Positions 9,295-19,036 of a stretch of DNA of 64,000 bases are shown here, one piece after another. The notes beneath the pieces were generated by a model. The model worked only from the letters and a program-made list of their open reading frames with translations, had not been told where the DNA came from and made no database searches. Location: the NCBI GenBank assembly GCA_049513715.1, contig JBEKVV010000008.1:1-64000 (forward strand), written 5' to 3'. Made by a program: the position numbers and the translations under genes. The stretch comes from Candidatus Bathyarchaeia archaeon (GTDB taxonomy: Archaea; Thermoproteota; Bathyarchaeia; 40CM-2-53-6). Position 1 is the stretch's first letter, and each line of letters begins with the position of its first letter.

Positions 9295-9537
9295 TTATCG
9301 TTTGGAATCGGTTTCTTCGAGTTGCCACACGAAGAACCCGAAGGCTGAGACCGCGAAAGCGATCATGCCCACCTCATCCAAACGCCAATTGAAGGGAGGA
9401 ACCTGAACATGAGAAAACTGTTCATAAAGCCACTGGGGATGCGTGATCTGAACTACAACCACGTACACCCAAACTAGTAAACCGAAAACGAACATCGTCA
9501 ACGTGATAGGACGCAGGAGGGTGTGCTTTCGTGGCAA
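9295..9537 (-). CDS. Small two-TM membrane protein (window family copy 1)
   Basis: FGLLVWVYVVVVQITHPQW...WRLDEVGMIAF; clear paralogs at 24914 and 61557. Confidence 0.75.
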   Translation of the reverse strand: MPRKHTLLRPITLTMFVFGLLVWVYVVVVQITHPQWLYEQFSHVQVPPFNWRLDEVGMIAFAVSAFGFFVWQLEETDSKR

Positions 9538-9977
9538 GAGTCATCTCAGCATTGAATCGGTGATGTGCCATTAGAGGTTTCCCATGCAACCTAAGGCGAA
9601 AGATTTCGTTGTTGCGGGCGCGCGCGTGCTTGTTTGTTGATCTCAATATGTGGTATAGTTTTGTGGGTATAACATGTTACTCGTCCCTAAGGCTGGTGGA
9701 GAAATACGCGCTATGGGTGTGGCTCACCCTTTCTATTATTGTGAGGTGTGGGGTGGGGGGCAGGGGGGCAGTTTTGTGCCCCATCACTGAACGAAAGCGT
9801 CGGGCATGCTCCACGAGCCTCCCGCACCCATGAGGACGTGTCCCGCACCGTAACAAGGGGCGGATGGGTGTCAGCCACCGATGAGAGGATGGCAGACAGA
9901 ATTGTTGGTTCAATTTTGGCAGGAGGATGGGCGGACTGAAGTGGAGTGTTTTGGGTTTTGTTGCGGCTAGCAAGCCC

Positions 9978-10922
9978 CTAGGGGTTCAAATGCCAATCCC
10001 ATAGTTCGCGGAGGTCGCTTTCTAGGTTCGTTTTGGGGTTGAACCGAAGATCAGCTTGGGCCCTGCTGATATCGGCTACGCTTCGCCTAATGTCGCCTAT
10101 CCTAGCGGCCTCGTGGACGGGGTTGATTGATTGGTTGCTGATTTTTGTAAGTGTGGCGGCTAATTGGTTTATTGTCGTTTCACGTCCGGCCGCGATGTTG
10201 TAGACTCCTTCCGCAGTCTTGGAGCCCAATGCTAGGACTATTGCTTCAACGATGTCCCGTATGTTGACGAAGTCCCGGGTTTGAAGGCCGTCCCCGTAGA
10301 TTAGAGGTGCTTTCTTCTTGCGGAGTCGGTTCATGAACTCAGTAATGACGCCACTATACTGCGTTGCCGTTTGCCGAGGACCGAAGACATTGAAGAAACG
10401 AAGACAAACCACCCTCATGTCGTAGTCTTTTGAGTATTGGAGACAGTGACGCTCGCCTGCAAGTTTACTGACCCCATACGGAGCGAGAGGAGAAAGTTCA
10501 GCGTTCTCTGATACCGGAAGGCTTGAGGGCTCACCGTACAGTGCAGCGGAAGAGGCATAAATGAAGCATCTAACTCCATGCTGCCGAGCCGCCTCCAGAA
10601 CCACCCGCGTCCCATTCCCATTAACATCATTTGCGAGCGCAGGGTCTTTGAGGCATATGTTGTGGTCGGCGATCGCTGCGAGATGAATGACCGAGTTTAC
10701 GCCTGACATTTGTTCAGCGAGTTTTAATTCGTTTCGAACGTCTCCCTCAACGAGTTTGACTCGCCCTTGTCTTAGGCTTGCTTGAATGTTTTCGATACGT
10801 CCGCTCGACATGTTATCGTAAATGATAACTGGTTGGTGGTCTGCTGCGAGGCGAGCTACGAGATGGCTGCCGATGAAACCCGCGCCGCCTGTAACCAGAG
10901 TCTTGCCGGCGACGGGGGGCAT
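9978..10922 (-). CDS. NAD-dependent nucleotide-sugar epimerase/dehydratase (GalE-like)
   Basis: TGGAGFIG, YASSAALYG, YGVSK, RFFNVFGPRQ, GDGLQTRDF. Confidence 0.95.
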   Translation of the reverse strand: MPPVAGKTLVTGGAGFIGSHLVARLAADHQPVIIYDNMSSGRIENIQASLRQGRVKLVEGDVRNELKLAEQMSGVNSVIHLAAIADHNICLKDPALANDVNGNGTRVVLEAARQHGVRCFIYASSAALYGEPSSLPVSENAELSPLAPYGVSKLAGERHCLQYSKDYDMRVVCLRFFNVFGPRQTATQYSGVITEFMNRLRKKKAPLIYGDGLQTRDFVNIRDIVEAIVLALGSKTAEGVYNIAAGRETTINQLAATLTKISNQSINPVHEAARIGDIRRSVADISRAQADLRFNPKTNLESDLRELWDWHLNP

Positions 10923-10969
10923 GTCTCGTCAATCGTCGTCAGAATTGGTTCTATTTGCAGAGTAGTGTG

Positions 10970-11593
10970 CTACTTCTTCTTTCCTCTTCTGCGCAGGAGG
11001 AGAAGGAGGAATGCTAGGACGAGGAGTATGAGGATTGCTATTGGGACTAGGTAATTCGTCAGCATTTGTGCGGGTGTCGGAGTGGGTGTCGGTGGGGCTA
11101 TTTGCGAATCATCGCTGGTAATCAAGGTCTGGATTGAGCTAATCAGCCCAGTCGGCCCTCGGTTTCCAAGTGCGTCCTGACAACTGCAGACCACTGCTGC
11201 AATTGTAATCGTTCCAGCGCCTGTGGCTTGAACTATGTCCTGAGTGAATGGTTGAGTGTAGTTGTAGAAGCCAGCCGTTCCATTGAAGACCACGGGTACG
11301 TTGTCGAATTCCTTCGAACCAGAAGGCCCTGTCCAGTTGAATGAAGCAGTCTCCGGAGACAACGTAACGGGAGTTCCGTCCGGATAGACGACATGGAACG
11401 TTGTGACAACAGTGTCCCCAACGAGCGCTAAGTGTGGGATCGAATTAACGAAGTCCACTGCCAAATTTGTCTGATATGTTGGACAACCAGGATTTGTCTG
11501 CTGCACGCCCGGCGCGGCGGAAGCAAGATTAGCACCAGGAACAAGCACAACCATGAGCATTACAACGACGGAGAGTATGAGGGCTTTCTTCAA
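10970..11593 (-). CDS. Secreted, C-terminally membrane-anchored hypothetical protein
   Basis: Signal peptide from TTG 11593 (MKKALILSVVV...), PT linker, TM helix and RRRGKKK. Confidence 0.75.
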   Translation of the reverse strand: MKKALILSVVVMLMVVLVPGANLASAAPGVQQTNPGCPTYQTNLAVDFVNSIPHLALVGDTVVTTFHVVYPDGTPVTLSPETASFNWTGPSGSKEFDNVPVVFNGTAGFYNYTQPFTQDIVQATGAGTITIAAVVCSCQDALGNRGPTGLISSIQTLITSDDSQIAPPTPTPTPAQMLTNYLVPIAILILLVLAFLLLLLRRRGKKK

Positions 11594-11844
11594 TTCAAGG
11601 TCCCCAAATTTGTTGTCGCCAAAAACACGTACCCACACTATAAAAGCTATGCAAAACTGATGAACATGATTGCTCCATTTATGAATCAATGACTCTCTCA
11701 GAAGAGATCGTGAATATCCCTTGGGCACAAGTTTTCATCTCACAACTGAAGAACATTCGACTCGGGGCTATCCTCCTTATCTGAATGTGACTGTTATGCG
11801 GCTTGTTCGCGCGGACGAGTATCGTTTGAGAAAGTAATGTTCTT

Positions 11845-12765
11845 CTATTGCTTTGAAATGCGCCTGCCGCCTAGTTTAGCAAATTGTGAGGCACTTGTTA
11901 GACCTCGGGTTACATGATGCGGGAGACGCAATACTAGCCAGGCCCCTATAATCAACAAGAGTACTGAATCCCACCAAGAGGACGCATCTTGTGTTGGAAG
12001 CAGGTAGTAGATCTCATTGCGACCGGGTCTCGTGCGACCGGAAGTGGTTTGCGCAGTAGTAGAACCAGTCTTGCTTGAAGTAGTAGAAACGATCCTAGAA
12101 CTCGAACTGCTTGTGCTGGAACTGGAGACAGTTGCTGTTGTAGTTGTTGTCGATGTCACCGTTGTACTCCAATTGGGCACGGTAACCGTTGAAGTCGCCC
12201 CGTTGGATGTGGTCGCAGTAACCGTGGTAGTGTAGCTGCTGGTCACTGTCGAAGTTGTGGTTACGAAGATCGTTGAGTTGGAAATAGCTGATGCAGTCGT
12301 GGTCGAGTTCGCAGTGAGTCCGACCTGTTGTCTAATCGTGAATGTGTATTGTTTCTGGTTGTTCGTTTCGTTAAGTTCCGCGATTTGATTATCGGGATCT
12401 ACAACCCATCGTGTAGTGTGGGCGCCTGGCGTGGCTGTGAGGGGTCCGATAAACCATTGCTGAACCTCGCCTGGAGCAATATTATCGGGTCCGCCGCGGC
12501 CGTAGCTGCTATCATAGTATACATCCACATAGAATCCCTGAGCGGTTGCCTGCCCGAGGTTTGTGACATTCGCAACTATGTTGAAAGAGTCGTTGGGAGC
12601 CAGGTCGTTGCCGGTAACGGGGATGCCTGGAGCTGAGGCTTTCTCAAGCCAGATGCTGCTAACGGTGAGGTCTGGCGAGGCAGCGTAGACGGGGGACGTC
12701 AGCGCAAAGAGCGTGATCAATAGTACGATTGCCAGGTAGCCTGGTGACGCCTTTATGTGGATCAT
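11845..12765 (-). CDS. CARDB (Ig-like) domain surface protein with Ser/Thr stalk and TM helix
   Basis: PDLTVSSI, NVTNLG, VVDPDNQIAELNETNN motifs. Confidence 0.85.
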   Translation of the reverse strand: MIHIKASPGYLAIVLLITLFALTSPVYAASPDLTVSSIWLEKASAPGIPVTGNDLAPNDSFNIVANVTNLGQATAQGFYVDVYYDSSYGRGGPDNIAPGEVQQWFIGPLTATPGAHTTRWVVDPDNQIAELNETNNQKQYTFTIRQQVGLTANSTTTASAISNSTIFVTTTSTVTSSYTTTVTATTSNGATSTVTVPNWSTTVTSTTTTTATVSSSSTSSSSSRIVSTTSSKTGSTTAQTTSGRTRPGRNEIYYLLPTQDASSWWDSVLLLIIGAWLVLRLPHHVTRGLTSASQFAKLGGRRISKQ

Positions 12766-12929
12766 TAATGGTCGATGCCCTCTTTTTCGCCTTAACCGTA
12801 ATCGCTACGATCAAAAGAGCTGACGTGCTCTCCCTTCAGGAGTGTGTCACTCTAAGTCGGGAGTAACTGGTGACAATAGTGGAAAAGAAGAAAGAAACAA
12901 AACAAATAACAAGGAAAAACAAAGTTGCG

Positions 12930-13886
12930 TTACTGAAGTGGTGATGAATTCTCCCATTCCCTGTCGAAAAGACTCTCGCACACTTCGACTAGCAGCCTGT
13001 TCGTTGTCCAAGCCGCTGTGTCTCCGCCCTTTTCGACATCGAAGTCACCAGGTGAGTTCTCGATGACCACAAGCTCCCGTCCATCAATACATACAAGATT
13101 CACACTGAGCGGTGAAGCTGTTCTCCTGATCTTGACGACGGTAGCCAACTCCCTGGCGACCGAGCGAATATCTTTGGTCATTTGTACTAGCACTCGCGCG
13201 ATCACCCCGCGTTTGCGCGCGTTCTCCAAGCATTCGGCATGGGCTTTGTACAGTCTCACCAAGCCTGCAGCTGTGGCATAGTAGCTTACTGAATTGGCTG
13301 CGTGATTCAAAATGTCGGCGACATTGCGGTAAATGTATTTTCGCCCATCGATGTGCCACAATTCATTTGCTTCTTTGGGCAATCCAATTTGTTCGTTATT
13401 GGTAACTCCGAACTCGTGTTGCTCTTCAAGCTTCTGAAGAATTTCCAGAGTGGTTTCTGCTTGATTCGACATTTCCTTGGCTTTGGCTACCAAGACTGCT
13501 GAGGGAGACACAGCTGTGAAAGTCTCGGGCTTGCTTGGTGCAAAATGGACCAGTCCCTTTTGGTTGAGAAGACGCAACGTCATGTATAGCTTGGTGCGAG
13601 GTAGATGGGAGAGGAAGGCAAGCTCGCTTGCCTTGAGCGGCCCATTTTTGACCAGGGTCAGATATGCTTTAGCCTCGTATAACGTCAGGCTCAGCCGCTG
13701 CAGCGCAGCGATCTCTTCTGTGTCGATCTCGCTTACGATAGGGGATGAGAGTATAGACACGGGCAAGGTTACTGGTCTAATGGGTTGTCGGAATACGGTG
13801 GGCGCTCGTATTCTCGTTGCAGAGAGCTCGAATCGGTCTAGCCTTGTTGCAGGTGTGACGATGGTTGATGTGACGCTATGAGTCAT
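12930..13886 (-). CDS. TrmB-family transcriptional regulator
   Basis: LSLTLYEAKAYLTLV...ASELAFLSHLPRTKLY HTH plus a PLD-like effector domain (VCIDGRELV); start trimmed to ATG 13886. Confidence 0.9.
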   Translation of the reverse strand: MTHSVTSTIVTPATRLDRFELSATRIRAPTVFRQPIRPVTLPVSILSSPIVSEIDTEEIAALQRLSLTLYEAKAYLTLVKNGPLKASELAFLSHLPRTKLYMTLRLLNQKGLVHFAPSKPETFTAVSPSAVLVAKAKEMSNQAETTLEILQKLEEQHEFGVTNNEQIGLPKEANELWHIDGRKYIYRNVADILNHAANSVSYYATAAGLVRLYKAHAECLENARKRGVIARVLVQMTKDIRSVARELATVVKIRRTASPLSVNLVCIDGRELVVIENSPGDFDVEKGGDTAAWTTNRLLVEVCESLFDREWENSSPLQ

Positions 13887-14032
13887 GTGTTTTCCCTGGT
13901 TTAAGAGGCATGGAGTATGGTATATTAATGTACCGTCTTTAGTACATATGCGCCCCATGGGAACAGACACCCTATTTCCTATGCAACAAAGAAAAAGACA
14001 CACGCGTCTACGGAAGCGACTCGCTCTCAATC

Positions 14033-14539
14033 GTGAGCAAGGAAGTCGATGAAGTGATGACTGGGGAAAAATCTTCTGAAAAAGATCATGCAATCGGATG
14101 TCCGAAATCGTCAACCATTGTTGTCGGTATCATAGTTCTCTGCGTAGTACTCCCATGGGCAGTCTTCCCGATCTTCATAGAAAATCCTGATTACGTTCTC
14201 GTCTTGACTGTCACCCCCAGCATAAACAGCGACTGTCCCACTGGGTCAGCGTGTTTCACACTGGAATTGCGAAACCGTGGACCATGGCCCGTCGCAATCG
14301 ACATGAAGGACTTGCAGGTCTATCCATCTCTAATCGGTCCCAGCGTGAACGTGAACTGGCTGAGAGCTGGGCCAAGCAAGTTTCTCATGCTGATACCATT
14401 CACGGGGCAGACATACATTTTCTCGATCAATATCTTGGGTGGGTTGCTTCCTCCAGATAGGGTCTACGTGATTTTGACAGCAAACGTCACTGTGCTGTAC
14501 GTGTCCCACTATGCAGTGTTACACAGCGGCAAACGCTAG
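14033..14539 (+). CDS. Membrane-anchored hypothetical protein (small beta-sandwich-like)
   Basis: N-terminal TM helix, FTLELRNRGPWPV beta-rich domain. Confidence 0.55.
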   Translation: MSKEVDEVMTGEKSSEKDHAIGCPKSSTIVVGIIVLCVVLPWAVFPIFIENPDYVLVLTVTPSINSDCPTGSACFTLELRNRGPWPVAIDMKDLQVYPSLIGPSVNVNWLRAGPSKFLMLIPFTGQTYIFSINILGGLLPPDRVYVILTANVTVLYVSHYAVLHSGKR

Positions 14540-14909
14540 CCTGCGGTGCCGGTCTTGTCGCTGCCGAACCCTCAGGCTTCATCGGGAACGCTCCTGTTTC
14601 AGCAATGAGTCACACTGGCACCTGAGTTATCGTCCGTATCTGAAATCATTTTTCCAGCTGCCTTGATCGGTTTCTTCTAGCGCTCGTTCACACGTCGATG
14701 GCTGATTCACTGTTACTCAGGCTTGGCCATAACACGCTAACGATCACACCGGTCTTGAGGAAACATCCAAATTGTGTCAAATCCTAGAACAGTGACAATC
14801 TGATTTGCTGAAAACGGTTCCACAATACTATACAGCATCGTGTCGTCACTTTAGGCTGCAGAAGTGGGAACTCTATCGTATCTCGGACAGGATTTGAGGG
14901 TGAAGCATT

Positions 14910-15548
14910 TTGAGATTGTTGGCCGTCGGTGCGCATCCGGACGATATCGAACTGGGGTGCGGTGGAACACTTGCCCTATACAAGAAGAAGGGACATGAAG
15001 TCTACACTCTTGTGCTAACACGAGGGGAAGCTTCGGGAGACCCGATTGTCCGACAGAGAGAATGCGAACAGGCAGCAAAAACGATTGGCGTAGACAAAGT
15101 GTTTTTTGGAGGCTTGCATGATACGAAAGTCACTGAGGGGATCGAAACCATAATGGAGATTGAAAACGTGATAAACTCGGTGAAACCCGACATCGTTTTT
15201 TCTAACAGCCAGAAGGACCAACATCAAGACCACAGAAACAATGGCTTGGCATCTTTGTCCGCCGCTAGGAATGTGCAAAAAGTACTGTTATACGAGTCTC
15301 CTGCGGCTTTCAGAGAGTTTTGCCCCCAAATCTTTGTGAACATAGACTCAACCTTGAATATCAAGCTCAAAGCGCTGGAGGCCTATGCTTCGCAGGCTTC
15401 AAAACGGCCTTTTTGCAGCACGAATTCGCATTCCGAATCTACGCGCGTTGTTAACGCGAGCGAAGGGTTGGCGCTGTTCAGAGGTTTTCAGGCAGGAGTT
15501 TCCGTGGCGGAAGCATTTGAGGTTGGCAAATTTCTGCTTGACGTGTAG
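14910..15548 (+). CDS. PIG-L/LmbE-family N-acetylsugar deacetylase
   Basis: AHPDDIELGCGG, DQHQDH, YES, KLKALEAYASQ, AEAF motifs. Confidence 0.93.
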   Translation: MRLLAVGAHPDDIELGCGGTLALYKKKGHEVYTLVLTRGEASGDPIVRQRECEQAAKTIGVDKVFFGGLHDTKVTEGIETIMEIENVINSVKPDIVFSNSQKDQHQDHRNNGLASLSAARNVQKVLLYESPAAFREFCPQIFVNIDSTLNIKLKALEAYASQASKRPFCSTNSHSESTRVVNASEGLALFRGFQAGVSVAEAFEVGKFLLDV

Positions 15549-15564
15549 ATTGTGGGAACAATAA

Positions 15565-17268
15565 GTGGATCCCACTCAGATTTTGGCAGGTCATGATCCT
15601 GCTTTCAAGAGTCTGCAGGAGGCAGTAATAGCCTCTGTTGAATTCTATCGAAGCCATCTGAAGAAAGCAGAGACGTCTGAGACACTGAACAGACGGCAAC
15701 AATTGTCCTTTTGGATCGCTAAGTTTCATCGGGAGTGTGGAACCATAACTCCACAGGTCCAACAAGCACTAGATAGATTGAGAATGGACCCATGTTTGGT
15801 TGTTGTCACGGCTCACCAGCCCAATTTTTTCCCGTATGGCGGTGTGATTCGCAAAGCAACCCTGGCCTACGTCCTAGCTCAGAAACTCGCGGCGGCGCTG
15901 GGCTTGCCCGCGGTCAGTTTGTTCGCGCTTGCGGATCAAGATTTCACGGATGATAGATGGGTTAAGTCGTCCCAGGTTCCCGATGTTCAAAGAAGAGGGG
16001 GCACATTTGAGCTACGCGTTGGGCTGCCTGAGAAAATTATGCTGAACCATGTGCCGAAACCATCTAGGAAGGTGTTAGATGGCTGGCGGGGCGGCATTGA
16101 GGGCTGGGTACACGGGAAACTGAGAGCAGTCGAACAGTTCCTCAGATCCTCGGGCATGACTTTCGACATTGGCCCAAAGCTTTCGAGGGACTTTGAAGAG
16201 TTCTGGACTTTGGCTGAGGACGCGTACGGGAAGGCAGGGAACTATGCAGACTTCAATGCCTTTCTGCTATCAAAGATTGTTGATCAGGTTTGGGGATATG
16301 ATACTCTCTTCTGTAGGTTCTCAGAAAGCCAGCGAATATTCGAGAATGAGTTCGGTTTCCTGCTGTCGCGATTCGAGAGATACTCGCAATATGTCAAGGA
16401 AGCGACGGTTTCTGGGGGCAATAAGGTCGGCGGCGTTTATGAGCAGGAGCATCTCACCATACCATTTTGGTACCATTGCAGTTGCGGGAGCAAAGCAAGG
16501 CTAACCGCAGCTAGGTCAGACCCTCTAATTGCAAGCGGCCAATGTATGCGTTGCAACCAGACGTATGAAATTGACCTTGACTCAGCGGATAGATCAAAGC
16601 TTTCTGGAATCCTGGACCGGATATCGGCGAGATCCCTAGCGATGCCCCTAGTATTCCTGAATGGGCTTAAGGCCATCTGCTACGTAGGCGGAGTCGGAGG
16701 AACAGAGTACTTGCGTCAGGCCCAGTATGTTGCGCAACAACTTGGAGTGATGTTTCCCCGTATTCTAGTTTGGCGTCCTCTAGACACATATCTCGGCATA
16801 GGTCAATTGGAAGCACTGATGACTCTTAGAGCGCTCTCAGGAACATTCGACCTATCACAATGTCCGACTCTCAAGACAACAATACGAACAAAAATCGACA
16901 GGCTCCAAGAGCAAATCGCCGAACTTGAATTGGAGAAGAGTAGGTTGAAAGCATCGGAACTAGCAACGGAGGAGAAAGCCCAGAAGATCAAGGCCTTGGG
17001 AGCCCGACAGGAGAAGATTAGAAAGCAGAATGATCTTTCGAGCTTAGCGAGAAATCTCGGGTTGCTAGAGAACGTGGAGTCTGTGATAAGATTATGCCCT
17101 TCAGTGATCGATTACGCCATAAACGTCGGGCTCAAAGCGACAAGCGATCAGTGGATTGCTCACCTTAATGAGGACGGAAGGCTACTTCCGAATGTCGCTC
17201 TCAAAACCACTCTTAGTAATGCCCTTCCCGAATCGTTCAAGAGGAGCCTAGAAAACAGTGATACATGA
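15565..17268 (+). CDS. BshC/WbqC-like putative amino-acid ligase with a Zn-ribbon insertion and coiled coil
   Basis: VVVTAHQPNFFPYGGVIRK, ADQDF, YVGGVGGTEYLRQ motifs; CSC...CMRC insertion; coiled coil at about aa 440-500. Confidence 0.7.
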   Translation: MDPTQILAGHDPAFKSLQEAVIASVEFYRSHLKKAETSETLNRRQQLSFWIAKFHRECGTITPQVQQALDRLRMDPCLVVVTAHQPNFFPYGGVIRKATLAYVLAQKLAAALGLPAVSLFALADQDFTDDRWVKSSQVPDVQRRGGTFELRVGLPEKIMLNHVPKPSRKVLDGWRGGIEGWVHGKLRAVEQFLRSSGMTFDIGPKLSRDFEEFWTLAEDAYGKAGNYADFNAFLLSKIVDQVWGYDTLFCRFSESQRIFENEFGFLLSRFERYSQYVKEATVSGGNKVGGVYEQEHLTIPFWYHCSCGSKARLTAARSDPLIASGQCMRCNQTYEIDLDSADRSKLSGILDRISARSLAMPLVFLNGLKAICYVGGVGGTEYLRQAQYVAQQLGVMFPRILVWRPLDTYLGIGQLEALMTLRALSGTFDLSQCPTLKTTIRTKIDRLQEQIAELELEKSRLKASELATEEKAQKIKALGARQEKIRKQNDLSSLARNLGLLENVESVIRLCPSVIDYAINVGLKATSDQWIAHLNEDGRLLPNVALKTTLSNALPESFKRSLENSDT

Positions 17269-17923
17269 ACAGCCGTGGGACACATGCCAGTTCGACTACA
17301 CCAGCCTAGTTCAGATGACCACACCTGACTCTCGCCGCTTCCTGCGATTTCGCAGAAGAACCATATGGACGCTAAGGAGGGGCTGGTGGTACCTCAGCGT
17401 GCTAGGCGTACGCGAATCCAATCGAAAAATCCTGCCATCAACAACACTAGGAAGATTCATCTTTGGAGGAAGAGAGAGCTCAACCAATTCCAAAAATGTT
17501 GCAAACAATCAGGCCAAGCCCGCATACGCAGACAACTCACAAAGAGTTCAGGAATCCCAACCCTTCAGCGAAATCCATGAGCCTCCGAATCTGAAGGCTG
17601 GCAAGTGGGTTGAAGTCAAATCAGTAAAGGAGATCTTCGACACTCTCGATCGACATGGAAAACTCAAGGGTCTAGCGTTCACCCGTGAGATGACAAAGTT
17701 CTGTGGAAAGCGGTTCAAGGTCTACAAGAGACTTGAGAATATGATCCTCGAATCGTCCGGCGAGCTACGAAGAATAAAGACCCCCACGGTCATGCTTGAG
17801 GGGTGTTCTGCGACGGAGAAGCGCACGGAAAATGTGACAGATCATGCTTCTGTTTCTGGCCCGAGTTGGACGGTGCACGCGACTGATCCCATGGCGGGGG
17901 CAACGAAGGAGTGTTCAGGGTGA
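17258..17923 (+). pseudogene. Cys-rich SH3-like hypothetical protein (copy 1), -1 frameshift at 17800-17803
   Basis: Paralog of 19037-19702. The conserved tail VFCDGEAHGKCDRSCFCFW is present in the shifted frame after a G4 run. Could be a sequencing error. Confidence 0.7.
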
Positions 17924-17927
17924 ATTG

Positions 17928-18887
17928 ATGTCCAAGATAGCTCTCTCTGCGCGGCTGTTCGCTACTAGTCAATTATTCCTTCCCTTTTGGCTTACAATCG
18001 AAACCACCACGAGATGCAACCTTAGATGCAAGACATGCATAGGGCCTGGGGAAAAAGGGGAAGACATGTCGTTTGGACTTTTCAAGTCAATTATCGACCA
18101 ATTCAAGCATACAAGGCTCTCAAGTCGAAAGATTGACCTAACAGGACTTGGAGAACCTCTGCTGAACCCTAAGCTTCTGTCCATGGTAGAATACGCCAAA
18201 CGACGCGATTTCGAAGTGAGCTTCGTCTCCAACTTCACCACCATGAGTCAAGAGACTGCGACCGACCTAATCAAGGCCAAACTCGATCACTTGTATGTCT
18301 CCATTGATGCTGGATCGAGAGAAACCTTTGAGAAGATAAGGGCAGGGGCTGATTTTGAAACAGTTACAGACAACGTGAGATTGTTTGTCAAGACCAGGAA
18401 GGATCAGAATACTGATGTGCCAAAACTCTTGTTCAGATCAACGATTTCTAAGTATAACGTTGGAGAATCCACGGCGCTAATAAGGCTCGCAGAAACCTTA
18501 GGCGTTGATGGCATTGTTTTCTTTCCACAACTCGTGCCTGGAAACGAATACTATAGTGATCTGTTCGTCCCGCCCAGTCGCAAAGATACTATTCTGGCTG
18601 TGGTCGAAAACTCCATGCCATCTCCCGACAGAACGCTGATCTGCCGATCATATAGCCAATGCTACATAACGTTCGATGGCAAGGTTCTACCGTGTCCTAT
18701 CTTGACGCAAATGATGCCCAGAGGGCAATACTCGCGCGTCCAATTTGGTAACATCACAGAGAATCCTTTCGTTAAGATCTGGTTCTCAACTAGGTACAGG
18801 AAATTTAGGGCAAGGGGGGCACTGGGACGCGCTTACATGTTCCTATGCAAGTACTGCCCATACTCCTCGGGAGCCAAGCAGTCATGA
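17928..18887 (+). CDS. Radical SAM protein with SPASM/Twitch domain
   Basis: CNLRCKTC, GLGEPLL, CRSYSQCYITFDGKVLPC, CKYC; start trimmed to ATG 17928. Confidence 0.93.
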   Translation: MSKIALSARLFATSQLFLPFWLTIETTTRCNLRCKTCIGPGEKGEDMSFGLFKSIIDQFKHTRLSSRKIDLTGLGEPLLNPKLLSMVEYAKRRDFEVSFVSNFTTMSQETATDLIKAKLDHLYVSIDAGSRETFEKIRAGADFETVTDNVRLFVKTRKDQNTDVPKLLFRSTISKYNVGESTALIRLAETLGVDGIVFFPQLVPGNEYYSDLFVPPSRKDTILAVVENSMPSPDRTLICRSYSQCYITFDGKVLPCPILTQMMPRGQYSRVQFGNITENPFVKIWFSTRYRKFRARGALGRAYMFLCKYCPYSSGAKQS

Positions 18888-18941
18888 AGGCAGACGTTAT
18901 TCTTCTACGCGATGAGATCATTGACTCGAGACATACATACA

Positions 18942-19031
18942 TACCTTAACGAGGATGGAAGGCTATTTCCGAATGTCCATCTCAGAACTAATCTTGAGGT
19001 TTGTCTTGCGGAGTGGTTGAAAGGAGGCTAG
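18942..19031 (+). pseudogene. Relic 3' end of a second BshC/WbqC-like gene
   Basis: YLNEDGRLFPNVHLRTNL matches HLNEDGRLLPNVALKTTL at 17161-17214. Confidence 0.75.
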
Positions 19032-19036
19032 AAGCA

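Noticed and set aside
9825..9895. Hammerhead ribozyme
   Set aside because: ATGAG and CCGATGAG occur in stems, but the CUGAUGA plus GAAA core is not correctly arranged.
14910..17268. Canonical bacillithiol pathway (bshB/bshC gene symbols)
   Set aside because: No recognisable BshA in the operon, and the ligase motifs deviate (HQPN instead of GQQ, Zn ribbon). Symbols withheld.
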